From: Setoptus koraiensis
Taxonomy: Eukaryota > Animalia > Arthropoda
Direction: 5' to 3'
Assembly: GCA_048013815.1 (NCBI GenBank)
Contig: CM106585.1
Location: 14,446,001-14,510,000 of the forward strand
Length of the DNA stretch: 64,000 nt
Shown: one piece after another, positions 13,666 to 25,253 of the stretch
How the letters are laid out: every line of letters starts with the position of its first letter
Position numbering within the stretch: position 1 is the stretch's first letter
Made by a program: the position numbers and the translations under genes
The notes under the pieces: generated by a model
What the model was told of the DNA's origin: nothing
Seen by the model: the letters and a program-made list of their open reading frames with translations, nothing else
The model's database searches: none

Positions 13666-16048
13666 TCAAAGCAGAAATTGGAGCACCAATATGATGCCAG
13701 ATATAACCCATCCTATGATCTACATGGACAAGAGAATAGAGCGATGAAATTCGAGAAGAGATGGTGCCGAATTGCCAAAATTGTAGTTACTAATATCTAT
13801 TCAGGTATCAAGATGACAAAGTACAAACAAGATTCACCCATGCGCTAACAATATTACTGAGCTCATCGATCAGGTAGCGACAGTGAGGATTGAGGACAAT
13901 CCAAGAATCACGGAAATCACTTTCACTCATCATGTTGCAACTATTTCAGTACTTACCGTCAACAAGTTTTCGTGAGTAACGGGGTAAACATACGCGATAA
14001 CGAATGCAGTACTGTCAGCATCGGCCAACAATTCCGATAATGACATCAATCGATTCAAGTTCCAGCTGCTCATGAGAGAATGGTGGACAATGAGACCCTG
14101 TAAAGCGTGATGGATTGCTTCAAACTGCATACCAGATTGACATGAGAGAGAAGTATAGCAATATTGAGAAATAAATCAGATTAGTCAAAGGTCCTGAGGT
14201 ATTGATGCCAAACTGATTGTCAATCAGTGATTGAGCGCGATTGGCACTGCTGAAAATAACTCACAGTCGCGCGCGAGTTGAGTCGAATGGCGACGTTCGT
14301 TATTCCAATCGACCACAAAACCTAAGCGCTCGATAAACTGAATCGGCCTACCCCCGAACACCTATCGGAACAAAAATATTCTCAATTAACTAAACATATA
14401 CCACGATTTATGCCGATGGCCCTAAATAAATTGGTTTTCAGCCAATCTGACCGAATTGCGGGGCGGTGTATCGATCGATGGGCAGTTATTGTTGCCGCAT
14501 CAATCTGTCACTTACCTTGGCGTGTACAAGGGCAGCACCGAAACAAAGGATGACAATCGGAGCCCATGTAAGAAGGAAAAGCATAAACATAATATGGAAT
14601 TGACCAATGTCCATGTCGGAATTTTTTATCATGGTGGCAAGCACCAAAGTGGTACACGTCAGCTTGAAGATGAGCTCTGAATGTATGTAGAAAGTGGAAA
14701 ATTCTTTCAATTCGTTCCATTCCGAACAGGTTGTCGTTATCATTTTAACGAGCGTATCTATTTTTCTTGATAAATCAATCGTGTCTGCTTCAACTGTTCC
14801 TTCATTCGTGGTATACCTTTGATTGTAGTACCTTCCATTGATGACTTTTCTGCGGTTCCAGTAGAGAATGACTAATCTTGACGCGAAATCTAAGGTATGC
14901 CTTGCCTTGTCGAAGCAGACCGCGGACCCAACAAAAAAATGGGATACTTCGAACGCTTGAAACACCAATTTCGTAAGGTTAAAAGTAAAATGCCACCACG
15001 CTAGATTACGTCGAGTGGCGCGATACTCTGACCATGACCTATGACATTGGTTGAATCCCCAAAGGAAAAACTGTGGTAGAACCGTAAATCCGGAATATGC
15101 AATGATCACACCACATCCTATACATAAGTTCGTGAATACTCTCGTGGTCGACAAATAGAGCCTATGCCCGGTTCCCATTTCGAGAAGTTCCTTCGGAAAA
15201 TTCAGCTGATAGTTGATTTCGTCAAAATCACTGTCGAAATCAAACAGCTTCTTGTCGCTACTCGTGGTCCCAGATGGACCTAGCTCTGTAAGTTCGCCTC
15301 TAAGATCATGATTACGCTGCAAGAGTGATGATATGCACTCACGCCCGCATTGATCAAATACATATGGATAACTATGACGGATATTATTCAACTCGACAGA
15401 CAGCTCGTACTTTTGTGGTTTAAGCAAACCGATTTCGGCACTTCCGTGTCTGCTGTCGGGAGTCAAGTTGATAGCGTTTTTCTGGTATTTTTTATCTCTC
15501 GACTTGACGACATTAGTTACACCAATCAGAAAGAGCCAACCTCTCAGAGTTAACTCTCGACTTCTTACATAGGTTGCCAAAGCTGAGATCGAGTTATTGA
15601 GTTTCTTGTAATTTTTAGAGCTCATTAGGCGCACCATGTCTTTTATACGGATAAGGTAAAGTGCAATTAATATTATGACTGTAACTTGGTTGAGCGTGCG
15701 AGAACATTCGAGGTTCAAATACATGTCATTCGTCCGAATTTTCTGCTCCATTCGGGATATAAGGCTCTTGCTTCCAAGACCGTATACCATTGAAGTTGAG
15801 AACGTGTATATTCCGAGACAGAGATCTAGCATCAGCCAGATTATGAAGACGTAATTTAGCCTCTTGATGGTGAGATATATATCAATTCGCGTCCGTATTT
15901 TATTTATGACGGACAAATTTTTCTCCTCCCGAAAAAGTTTTGCTATCTTTTCTTCTCTCTCTTGGTCTAACAAAAAATTCGCTCCATCGCCGATCCAGAA
16001 AACCAGCGTTACCATGGGCCAGTAGAGATTAAATTTGAATGAATCCAT
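13666..16048 (-). CDS. Gustatory-receptor-like 7TM protein, paralog A (584 aa)
   Basis: Exons 16048-14516, 14124-13957, 13719-13666; GT-AG, all phase 0. About seven hydrophobic segments. C-terminus ...AYVYPVTHENLLT|IIGWVISGIILVLQFLL* fits the GR/7TMIC TM7 pattern [TS]Yhhhhh-QF and the superfamily's C-terminal phase-0 introns. Confidence 0.8.
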
Positions 16049-17362
16049 CCTGCCGTCCGCTCAGCAAGTCTAAATTTCGAAAATTCTGAATGGTTCCTCA
16101 AACCGCCGAAATAGTCCATTAACTTTATTACTGTCACATTGCATCTCATCCTCGATCTCGACTCGATGTGAGGTTCATCGATATAACTTGCCACATTACA
16201 GGTGGCGTCTGAATTTTCCATAACTGATATATACAATGGATTTCTGTTATGTTGGCATAAAAACGACTGTGAATTCACGTTCTACAATAAGGTTTGTAAA
16301 GAGTTTAATGGAACCAAGCAGACAACCTGTCTATCCAAACCGAATCTACGCTTGAGTTAATTCAGCCATGTATGAATAATGGATGGTGAGCGAGCTCTCG
16401 CTGCGTCAATGTGGCGTTTATTTTATAATCTAAAAAAGTTTGCTATACTCATCTTTAGCCCCATTCGTGTACGAGAAGTTCTGAGACATGTTCCGTTTTG
16501 TTTTCGAAACAGATTGCGCTATTGCAGAGATTTACTCCTAAGAAGTTCGCTGCCTATGTTCCTAATACCTGTCAGGCGTGATTGCCTGCTGCGACGAAAG
16601 AAAGCTGGCATGTTGTGAGAAAAATCAACAAATCATAGGGAGCCTAGAATGGGCACAAAAAGGAAGATGATGCAAGGAGGGACCTCGCACGGTCCTCACT
16701 TGTTTTTTTATGACAATATGCCTATTTCATATTCCGTTCACACAAGTTAAATATGTAACTGAACTGCCGAAAAAACCGACAGATTCGCAGATCTCGTCAA
16801 ATTCGACAACGCTGGCAAGCACCAGCTCTCGGAAAAGCACAACCATGCTTACAAGAAAACATCTATCTCAGTTACACGCATTCTGAAACAATTTTATACA
16901 ACAATTTGAACCGCTCAATAGCACTCGTCGACAGGTGAAAAGGAAGTGTGATCCTGGGCCCGGGAACTGGATGTTTTTTGCAACAAAATCTGTTCTGGTG
17001 TGATATGCAGAGAATGACCGGAGTGCACATGGTCCTACCTGGGTTTATCAATCTACAATACTACAGTTCTACATTGTTGAGATGTTCCACAGCGTTTCCA
17101 GACATTATCATTGATATTTGGGGGTTTTCCTCACCAGTTCCAAGCTCATTTTTCGCGGAAACCTGGTATTCTTTGGACTAGATTTTTTCAAATAATAATC
17201 TAGCTCGATACCCTGGACAAAACGCATATTAAGATTTCGAAATTTGAGTGTCACAGAAACAAATGTTTCCTTGTTAGAATAATTCGATAGATAGTAATTT
17301 TTTCTATTTTTTGTAGTTGGACCTAGGTCACCTAGTGGCAATGAGTAAGCGTTTCCAATCAC

Positions 17363-18518
17363 TAGGGTAGGGCAAATCGGTCACTAAAATCAACCAAAAT
17401 CGGTTCTCATGGGAGCAAATATAGCATTTTTTCGGTTTTTTCGTTTTTTTGGGGTCTCGATACTTTTGAAAAAACATATACAATGAGTGCAGGGTGCGTC
17501 GAGAATTGATGGTTTTGTTGCGTTTTCCGACAGAGAGCATAATATCAGCGCGACTTTGTTAGGCTCACCGAAGTAAATAAATATCACAAGTGATCAGTGA
17601 TCAATTGCCCAGTAACCGACTCTCGGAAACCCCAACAGGGCAGCTTTTCTTTATAATTTGGGCTAAATTTCTACTCTTTTCCATGAAAACCATCCGTATT
17701 TCGGTCCCTATGTGCAAGTTGGTGAAAATCGGTGATTATGAGGAAAATGGGTTGAATTTCGGTTTTTCGGTGACCACAAATACGTCTCAAAATCATCCTT
17801 ATGATAAGAATGACTCGCTAGAAAATTCATAGTATTTTTGCCATGCACAGGAATAGTTCGGCTCGGAACCGATTTGCCCTACCCTGGTAATCACGCAACT
17901 GCAATTGATGAGCTTCTTGTCTTTGAAGTTCGAGTTGTCTCTCACGAACTGTCAATTTCTGCTGGATATCCCCTGTTTTTGTTGACAGTGGAGAGCACTA
18001 TGCTTTACCTCCATTTTAGAGGAGCTAGCTCGCGCCTTTGGCGAACGAACCTCGTCTGTAATTGGCTGCATTGGACAAACTTCGTCAGGATCGGTCATGG
18101 GATATAGAAAATTTTGCGATTGATTCGTTTCGGCCGGCACAAATGACCATACTTCTTGTATATTAAACTCTGGTTGTAATGATAGAATATCCAGATAAGC
18201 TAATTGGTCGTCCATAATTCTGTAATTATTTAGTAATTGTTCCATATCTTTGAAGGTTGAAGTAATTTTTGGTCAATTATAAAAATCAGGAACAAAATCC
18301 TTCATTACTGGACCGGCAAGTGACATAAGTAGGGTAGGGCAAATCGATCACTAAAATCAACCAAAATCGGTTCTTATGGGAGGAAATGTAGCATTTTTTC
18401 GGTGACTACAAATACGTCTCAAAATCATCCTTATGATAAGAATGACTCGCTAGAAAATTCTTAGGGTTTTTGCCATGCACAGGAATAGTTCGGCTCGGAA
18501 CCGATTTGCCCTACCCTA
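17363..18518. mobile_element. Composite non-autonomous hAT-like TIR element: two MITE copies plus a 443-bp spacer
   Basis: Outer TIRs TAGGGTAGGGCAAATCG / CGATTTGCCCTACCCTA. 8-bp direct repeat CCAATCAC at 17355-17362 and 18519-18526. Copy 1 is 17363-17886 (524 bp); copy 2 is 18330-18518 (189 bp, an internally deleted version). TAGGG termini with an 8-bp TSD are typical of hAT. No transposase. Confidence 0.85.
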
Positions 18519-18556
18519 CCAATCACACTCTTTTTGTCTCATTTTTTTTCGTCATT

Positions 18557-20728
18557 TTAAAGCATAAATTGGACTACTAGTATGATGCCTGATGCAAGCC
18601 ATCCCATGATCTACACGGAGGATATGATCAAACGGTGAGATAAGACAAGTGAAGGTGCCGAATTTTAAGAATTCTATATCGAGTTGCTAACCTCTATACA
18701 GGTGTGTGTATGACAGCGAAGAAAAAATCACTCAGATCCATGCATGTGAAATTTCACTAGCAACAGTGAGGATTGAGGCCGATCTAAATATCACGGAAAT
18801 TGACTTCGCTTTGATGTTTCACTCATTTCAGTACTTACCGACGGCAAGTTTCCGAGAGTAAGCGGGTAGACATAGGCGATAGTCAAAGCAGTATGTTCAG
18901 TGCGGCTCAGCACTTCCGATAATGACATCAATCGATTCAAGTTCCAGCTGCTCATGAGAGAATGGTGGACAATGAGACTATGTAAAGCGTGATGGATTGC
19001 TTCAAACTGCAGACCAAATTCACATGAGAGAGAAGTATAGCAGTGATCAGATTAGTTGCATCTTGAGGTATTGATATCAGAATGATCGAGCTTGAATATA
19101 TACCGTAATTGGCGGCGATGAGCCCGCAGAAAATTGGTTTCCGGCAATTGCCATCAGGTTGTTGAACAGTAGATCACCTGGATGGGCAGCCATTGCTACT
19201 CTGTACTTACCTTGGCGTGCACAAGAGCGGCACTGTAACAAATGAGGGTAATTGGACACCATAAAAGAAGGAAAATCCACGATATAACCAGAAATTGACC
19301 CTTGTCCATGTCGGAATGTTTCAACAAGGTGGCAAGTGTCAAAACGGTACACGGCAGCCTGATTAGAATCTCTGAATGTATGCGAGTGGTAGACCAATCT
19401 TTAAATTGGTTCCATTCTGAACGTGCTGTCGTTATCATTTTAATGAGCGTATCTGTTTTTCTGGATAAATAAATCGTGCTGGCGGCAACTTTTTCAGCAG
19501 TTATATTTTTGCAGTGTCTTTCATTGAATGCGTTTCTGCGACTCCGGTGAAGGCGTACTAATCCCGACGCAAAGTTTAAGGTATGCTTCGTCTTGGTAGA
19601 GCAGACCGCACATCCGAACGCGAAATTCATGGCTTCAAACAGTTGCAACCCCAGTCTCAAATAGGCGATTACGAAGTGCATAAATGCTGAAAAACGGTGA
19701 GTAATGAAGCTTCGCCGTAACCTATGACAGTTGTAGATTTCGTCTTGAAGAGTCAGTGCCCCCGCCAGGCTTCCGCCACCAACCAAGGCGCAAAAAAATC
19801 CTAGACATATGATTGTGTATGTCCTCATTCCAGACAAATCGAGTTTATGCTTGGTTCCCATACTGAGGAGTTCTTTCGGAAATTCCAGCTGATAGTTGAT
19901 TTCGTCAAAATCACTGTCGAAATCAAACAGCTTCTCATTATCCGTGGTTCTAGATACATCTAACTCTTTGAAGTAGACATGCTGATCAAGACTACACCTT
20001 AAGGGTGACAAAATACTTCTACGCCCGTATTGATCAGATGCATAAGCATAACTATGACGGATATAGTTCGAATCGGCAAGCAACTCGTACTTTTGTGGTT
20101 TGGGCACAAAAATTTTGGTACTTCCGAGCCTGCTGGATAGGATGCTGCTGCCAGCGTTCTTTCGGTATTTTTTATCTCTTGACTTGACGACATTAGTAAG
20201 ACCAAGAATAAAGAGCCAACCTCTCGGAGTAAGCTTGAGGCAACTCATATAGGTCGCCATAGCTGATATACTGTTATTGTACTTGTTGCAATTTTTAGGA
20301 CTCATTAGTTCTATTACGTCCTTTGCACGGATAATGTATTCTCCAATTATCATTATCACTGTAAGTTGGTGAAGTGTACGAGAGCATTTATAATTCAAAA
20401 ACATGTCATTCATTAAATTTTGTTTTTCCAATCTCAATCTTAAGCTTCCGCTGCCAAAACCGTATGCCATTGAAGTTGACAACGTGTATAACGCAATGCA
20501 GAGATCTAGCATCAGCCAGATTATGAAGACGTAATTTAGCCTCTTGATGGTGAGAAATATAACAAGTCGCGTCCGTATTCTATTTATCATAGATAAATTT
20601 TTCTCCTCTCGAAACAGGTTTATTATCTTTCGCACGTCTTCTTCTCCTAACAAGTAATTCGTTCCATTGCTAATCACAAATACTATCCATACCGTAAACT
20701 GGAACACATTTAATTTGACTGAATCCAT
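18557..20728 (-). CDS. Gustatory-receptor-like 7TM protein, paralog B (579 aa)
   Basis: Exons 20728-19211, 19006-18839, 18610-18557; ends IMGWLASGIILVVQFML*; clear homolog of A. Confidence 0.8.
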
Positions 20729-21880
20729 CTCGCCGTCCGCTCTTGAAGTCTGAAGTGCGATCTTTCTGAATTGTTCCTAATAATCCAATAGTTTGTTCAC
20801 TCTATTATAATCACATTTTGTCTCATCTTCTACCAACTGTATGTGGTTAAGAGATATAATTCGCCATAATCTTAGTGATATCTGAGTTTCCGTGGTTTCG
20901 TTGGATTCTTGATAGGTCGGTATAGAGACGACATCGATCTCACGCCAGAGGAAGAGGTTCGAAAGAGAGTATGCATCCATATTTGTACTGATGTTAGAAA
21001 CTATTTCCGTTGATCGATTCACCCCTCGAAAACGATCGCGTGATCTCAGTCCTAGAGGTCGAAGTCAAGCTATGCAGCTTGAATGTCAAAACCGAAGCTA
21101 CGCTTGAGTTGATTGATAAATATTATCATTCGGTGGGGAGTTGGCTCTCGCCAAATTAAGATCCCGATTGTTTTGCAATCTAAAACATTTCTCTCTGCTA
21201 ATTTTGGCCCCATTCGTGAACGAAAAGTTCTGAGAGGTGTTTCGTTTTGTTTCCGAAACAGATTATGCTACTACAGAGAAAACTCTTTCCTTCTGGAAAA
21301 ATTCATCGCAAGACTCTGTTAAGCTTAAGTTCGAAATACCTGACAGGAGCGATTTCGTGCTACGGTGAGAGATAGACGAATTGTTGTGCGAAGAATCAAT
21401 TAATCACAGGGAGCGTATAAAAGACACAATAACGAAAGATGATGCAAGTAGCGACTTCGCACGTGCCCCCTTTTGTTTTTCAGAGCGATACATCACTACT
21501 GAGAGGTGAGCGAAGAAGCTATTTCGAATCATCAGCTCAAACATTTATTTACATGTACCAATCATGCAAGTAATAATTCGTGACCTCAGCATACTATCCA
21601 GTTAGATAAGTTGCGACTCCAGCTTTGCAGCTGAGCTGCAAAAGCTACGTGTGTGTTTGCATATCTCGTCGAGCAGCAGCTTTAAGTTCGACTGCACCAG
21701 AAAATTGCTGGTCCAGCAAGCAGCAGATCAATAATACATAACCATATCGAAAAATATCTTTCGATAGATGTTGATTCTGCATTTTATTGCTGGCCAGAAA
21801 AAGCAGCAGTGAGTTGGCTGAACTCAGGTTCTCATCGCCAACCGAGAACACCCTTGACATCTCTTCATTGTTCCATCGTT

Positions 21881-23993
21881 TCAAAACATGAGAGTGAGTA
21901 CTAATGCGATACCAGATACAACCCATCCTATGATCTACAAAAAGAATAGATTCGAAAGGTTAAGTTAGACAAGAGAAGGTGCCCAATTGCGAGATTCGTT
22001 GATAGGGTTGCTAATCTCCATTCAGGTGCCGAGATGACAAAGAGAAAAAGATTTACCTATTTGCAACATTATGTTCTACTCATTTCTGTACTTACCTTTA
22101 ACAAGTTTCCGAGAGTAACCGGGTGCACATATGCAATATGGAGTGCAGTATTTCGAGTATAACTCAACACTTCCGATATCGACAATAATCGATTCAAGTT
22201 CCATTTACTCATGAGAGAATGATGGCTGATGAGACGCTGTAAAGTATGATAGATAGCTTCAAACTGTAGCACAGATTTAGACCAGGAACAGGTGTAGAAA
22301 TGATCGAGAAATAAATCAGATTAGTCAAAGTCTCGGGGTCCTCAAAATTGCAATTGCACATGTTCGGCCTAAAATAGACCGAATGTTCAAGAATCGTCCG
22401 CCACTCTCGATAAAGTTCGGTTTGATTTATGGAGACAGACAACGAATTGCAAAATCTGAGCCTTCAAGGAGTAAACTAGGCCCACCTAAGGGGACACGGT
22501 TGTTTTCTCGAAAGTTGCCTCGAGAGCCTTCAAGAAATCGGTTGATTCAGATCAGGTTGCGAAGCCATAGATCGCCCGATTGGCAGTTATTGCTGTTGTA
22601 TCAGTATGTCCCTTACCTTGGTGTTTATGACGGCGGCACTGTAACAAAATATGATAATTGAACTCCATGAAAGACCGAAAAGCAACAACATAACAGTAAA
22701 TTGTAAATTGTTAATGTCAGAGTTCTTGATCATTGTGGCGAGTGTCAACACGGTACAAACCAATTTCGAGGCGAGTTCCAGATGTATGCGGGTACCAAAG
22801 AAATCTTTCAATTGGTTCCATTCCGAACAAGCCGTCGAGATCATTTTAATGAGCGTATCTGTTTTTGTGAATAAATCAATCGGCCTTGTTTCATCTGTTC
22901 CTTCATTCATACATGTAAAATATCTTTCAGTGTGAGACATCCCGCTGAATGCGTTTCTGCAGTTCCGGTGAAGGCGTATTAATCCTGACGCATAGTATAA
23001 GATATGCCTCGTCTTGGCATAGCAGATCTCGCATCCAATCACAAAACTCATTGCTTCAAACAGTTGCAACCCCAGTCTCACATAGGTGATCCAAAAGTGC
23101 ACATATGCTGAAAAACGTTGAGTGAAGAACCTTGGCCATGACCTATGACAGTTGTGGAATTCGTCTAGCAAAGTCAGTGTCACCAACAAGAGTCCGCCAC
23201 CGCCCAAGGAGTGACCTAATACCGCACTTATTCTTAAGAATATTCTCCAGGTGTATAAATCGAGTTTATGAGCGGTTCCCATACTGAGGAGTTCTTTCGG
23301 AAATTCCAGCTGATAGTTGATTTCGTCAAAATCACTGTCGAAATCAAACAGCTTCTCTTCGTTACTCGTGGTTTCAGATACAGCAATTCCGAGTCTGCTG
23401 GATAGAATGCTGCTGCTAGCGTTTCTCCAGTATTTTTTATCTCTTGACTTGACGACATCAGTAACACCAAGAATAAAGAACCAAGCTCTCGGAGTGATCT
23501 TGAGGCAACTCAAATAGGTCGCCGTAGCTGATATACTGTTATTGTGCTTCTTGCAATTTTTATAACTCAGTAGTCTCATTAGGTCCTTTGTACGGATAAA
23601 GTAATCTCCAAGTAGCAATATCACTGTAACTTGGTGAAGTGTGCGAGAGCATTTAAAATTCAAAAACATGTCATTCATTAAATTTTGTTTTTCCAATCTC
23701 AATCTTAAGCTTCCGCTACCAAAACCGTATACCATTGAAGTAAAGAAAGTGTATAACGCGATGCAGAAATCTAGCATCAGCCAGATTATGTAGACAAAGT
23801 TTAGTCTCTTAATTGTGAGAAATATAACAAGTCGCGTCCGTATTCTATTTATTATGGACAAATTTTTCTCCTCCCGGAACAGGTTTATTATCTTTTCTTC
23901 GTCCCTTTTTTTTAACAAGTAATTTGTCCCATTGTTGATCGTGTAGACTATCGATGTCGCAATCCGATACATATTTAATTTGAATGAATCCAT
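21881..23993 (-). CDS. Gustatory-receptor-like 7TM protein, paralog C (532 aa)
   Basis: Exons 23993-22617, 22263-22096, 21934-21881; ends IIGWVVSGIALVLTLMF*; in-frame loop deletion relative to A and B. Confidence 0.78.
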
Positions 23994-25253
23994 CTCGCCG
24001 TCCGCTCTTGAAATCTGAGATGCGATATTTCTGAATGGTCGCTAACCGAAATAGTCCGATGACTCCATTACTGTCACACTTTGGTCTCATCTTCGACCAA
24101 CAATATGAGATTCATAGATATAATGAGCCATGTTACCGGTGGTCTCTGAGTTCTCAATCAGCGAAGTAAACCCGTGATTTTATTGGAACATTGATATGTC
24201 AGCATAGCAACGACACAACGTTCGACGAAAATTCTCTGAAAAGAGCCTTTAAGCCAGTACTAACTCATTCGCAACTATTTTTGGCGATCGACTCTGCCCC
24301 CGTCGACGATCGCGTGAACTCAGACCAGAGTTAAAACAAGTATAAAACTTTTATATCAGAACCGAAGCTACGCCTGAGTTGATCCATGAATATTATCATT
24401 GGGTGAGCCGGCTCTGATTGCGTCGATGCATCATGTATTGTATAGAATTCTTCAAGATTCTTCTTCTATAGAATTTGGCGCCACTGTTCCTGATAACTGG
24501 TAATCGCGTGTCACGGCTCATATGTTGTGCAAAGAATCAACAAATCACAGGGAGTGTAGAATGGACACAATAACGGAAGATGATACAGGGACCGACCTCG
24601 CACGGCCCGCATTTCGTTTTTCAGAACGATACATTCCGTTGATCACTAATGAGAGGTTTCCTCGCAACTTCGAAATATTCGCTATAACACTGATATTCGG
24701 TTACAGTATGTACGACTGCAGGTAATAATTCGTGACCTCACCATGTTCTCCAGATAGATAAGTTGCGACTTCAGTCACATAAATTCAATTTCAATGAAAC
24801 AAACTTTTTGTCCCCTCAGTCAGTGACTGAGGCGGGGAGATCATAGATCGAGAAGGTGCAGTTGATTTGCTACTCCCGAGAGAGAAAGATTTCAGCCGAA
24901 GAGAAAAACTGACTGATATTGTGACCGATCGATAATGCAACATTTCTCCTTAAGAATATGACGATCTACGTTCGTAACCTCTCTATGATCTGAAAAGAAA
25001 CAATGTGCGAATTACACCGGTACCGTCGAGAACTGAAAGATGTATGTGCATTATTATAAGTACTGAATCCATCTAATGGCCAACTACATCCTCTAGAGCG
25101 ATGTCTATTGTGGCTACAAGTTTATTTGGTCAATCGAAGTAATCTGTCGCTGTTGCGTGAACTGTTTAGAATTTCGTGAAGATTATAGTGCTGTTAATTC
25201 AAATGAAACTTCCTGGCACGCTGCTGAACGAAGTTGACAATTTTTCACTATTT

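Noticed and set aside
16009-16278. Out-of-frame upstream ORFs overlapping the starts of A and C (also 20777-21022 before B)
   Set aside because: The DNA is homologous but frame, length and stop positions differ between paralogs, so no conserved uORF peptide is supported.
24814-24832. Perfect 9-bp inverted repeat CCTCAGTCA-G-TGACTGAGG as a Helitron 3' hairpin
   Set aside because: There is no CTRR terminus at the expected distance on either strand and no second copy in the window.
24860-24990. Alternative last exon for paralog D (TTTCAG|ATCATAGAG...)
   Set aside because: It gives an early stop, and a proper 54-nt exon with the GW...QF motif exists at 25307-25254.
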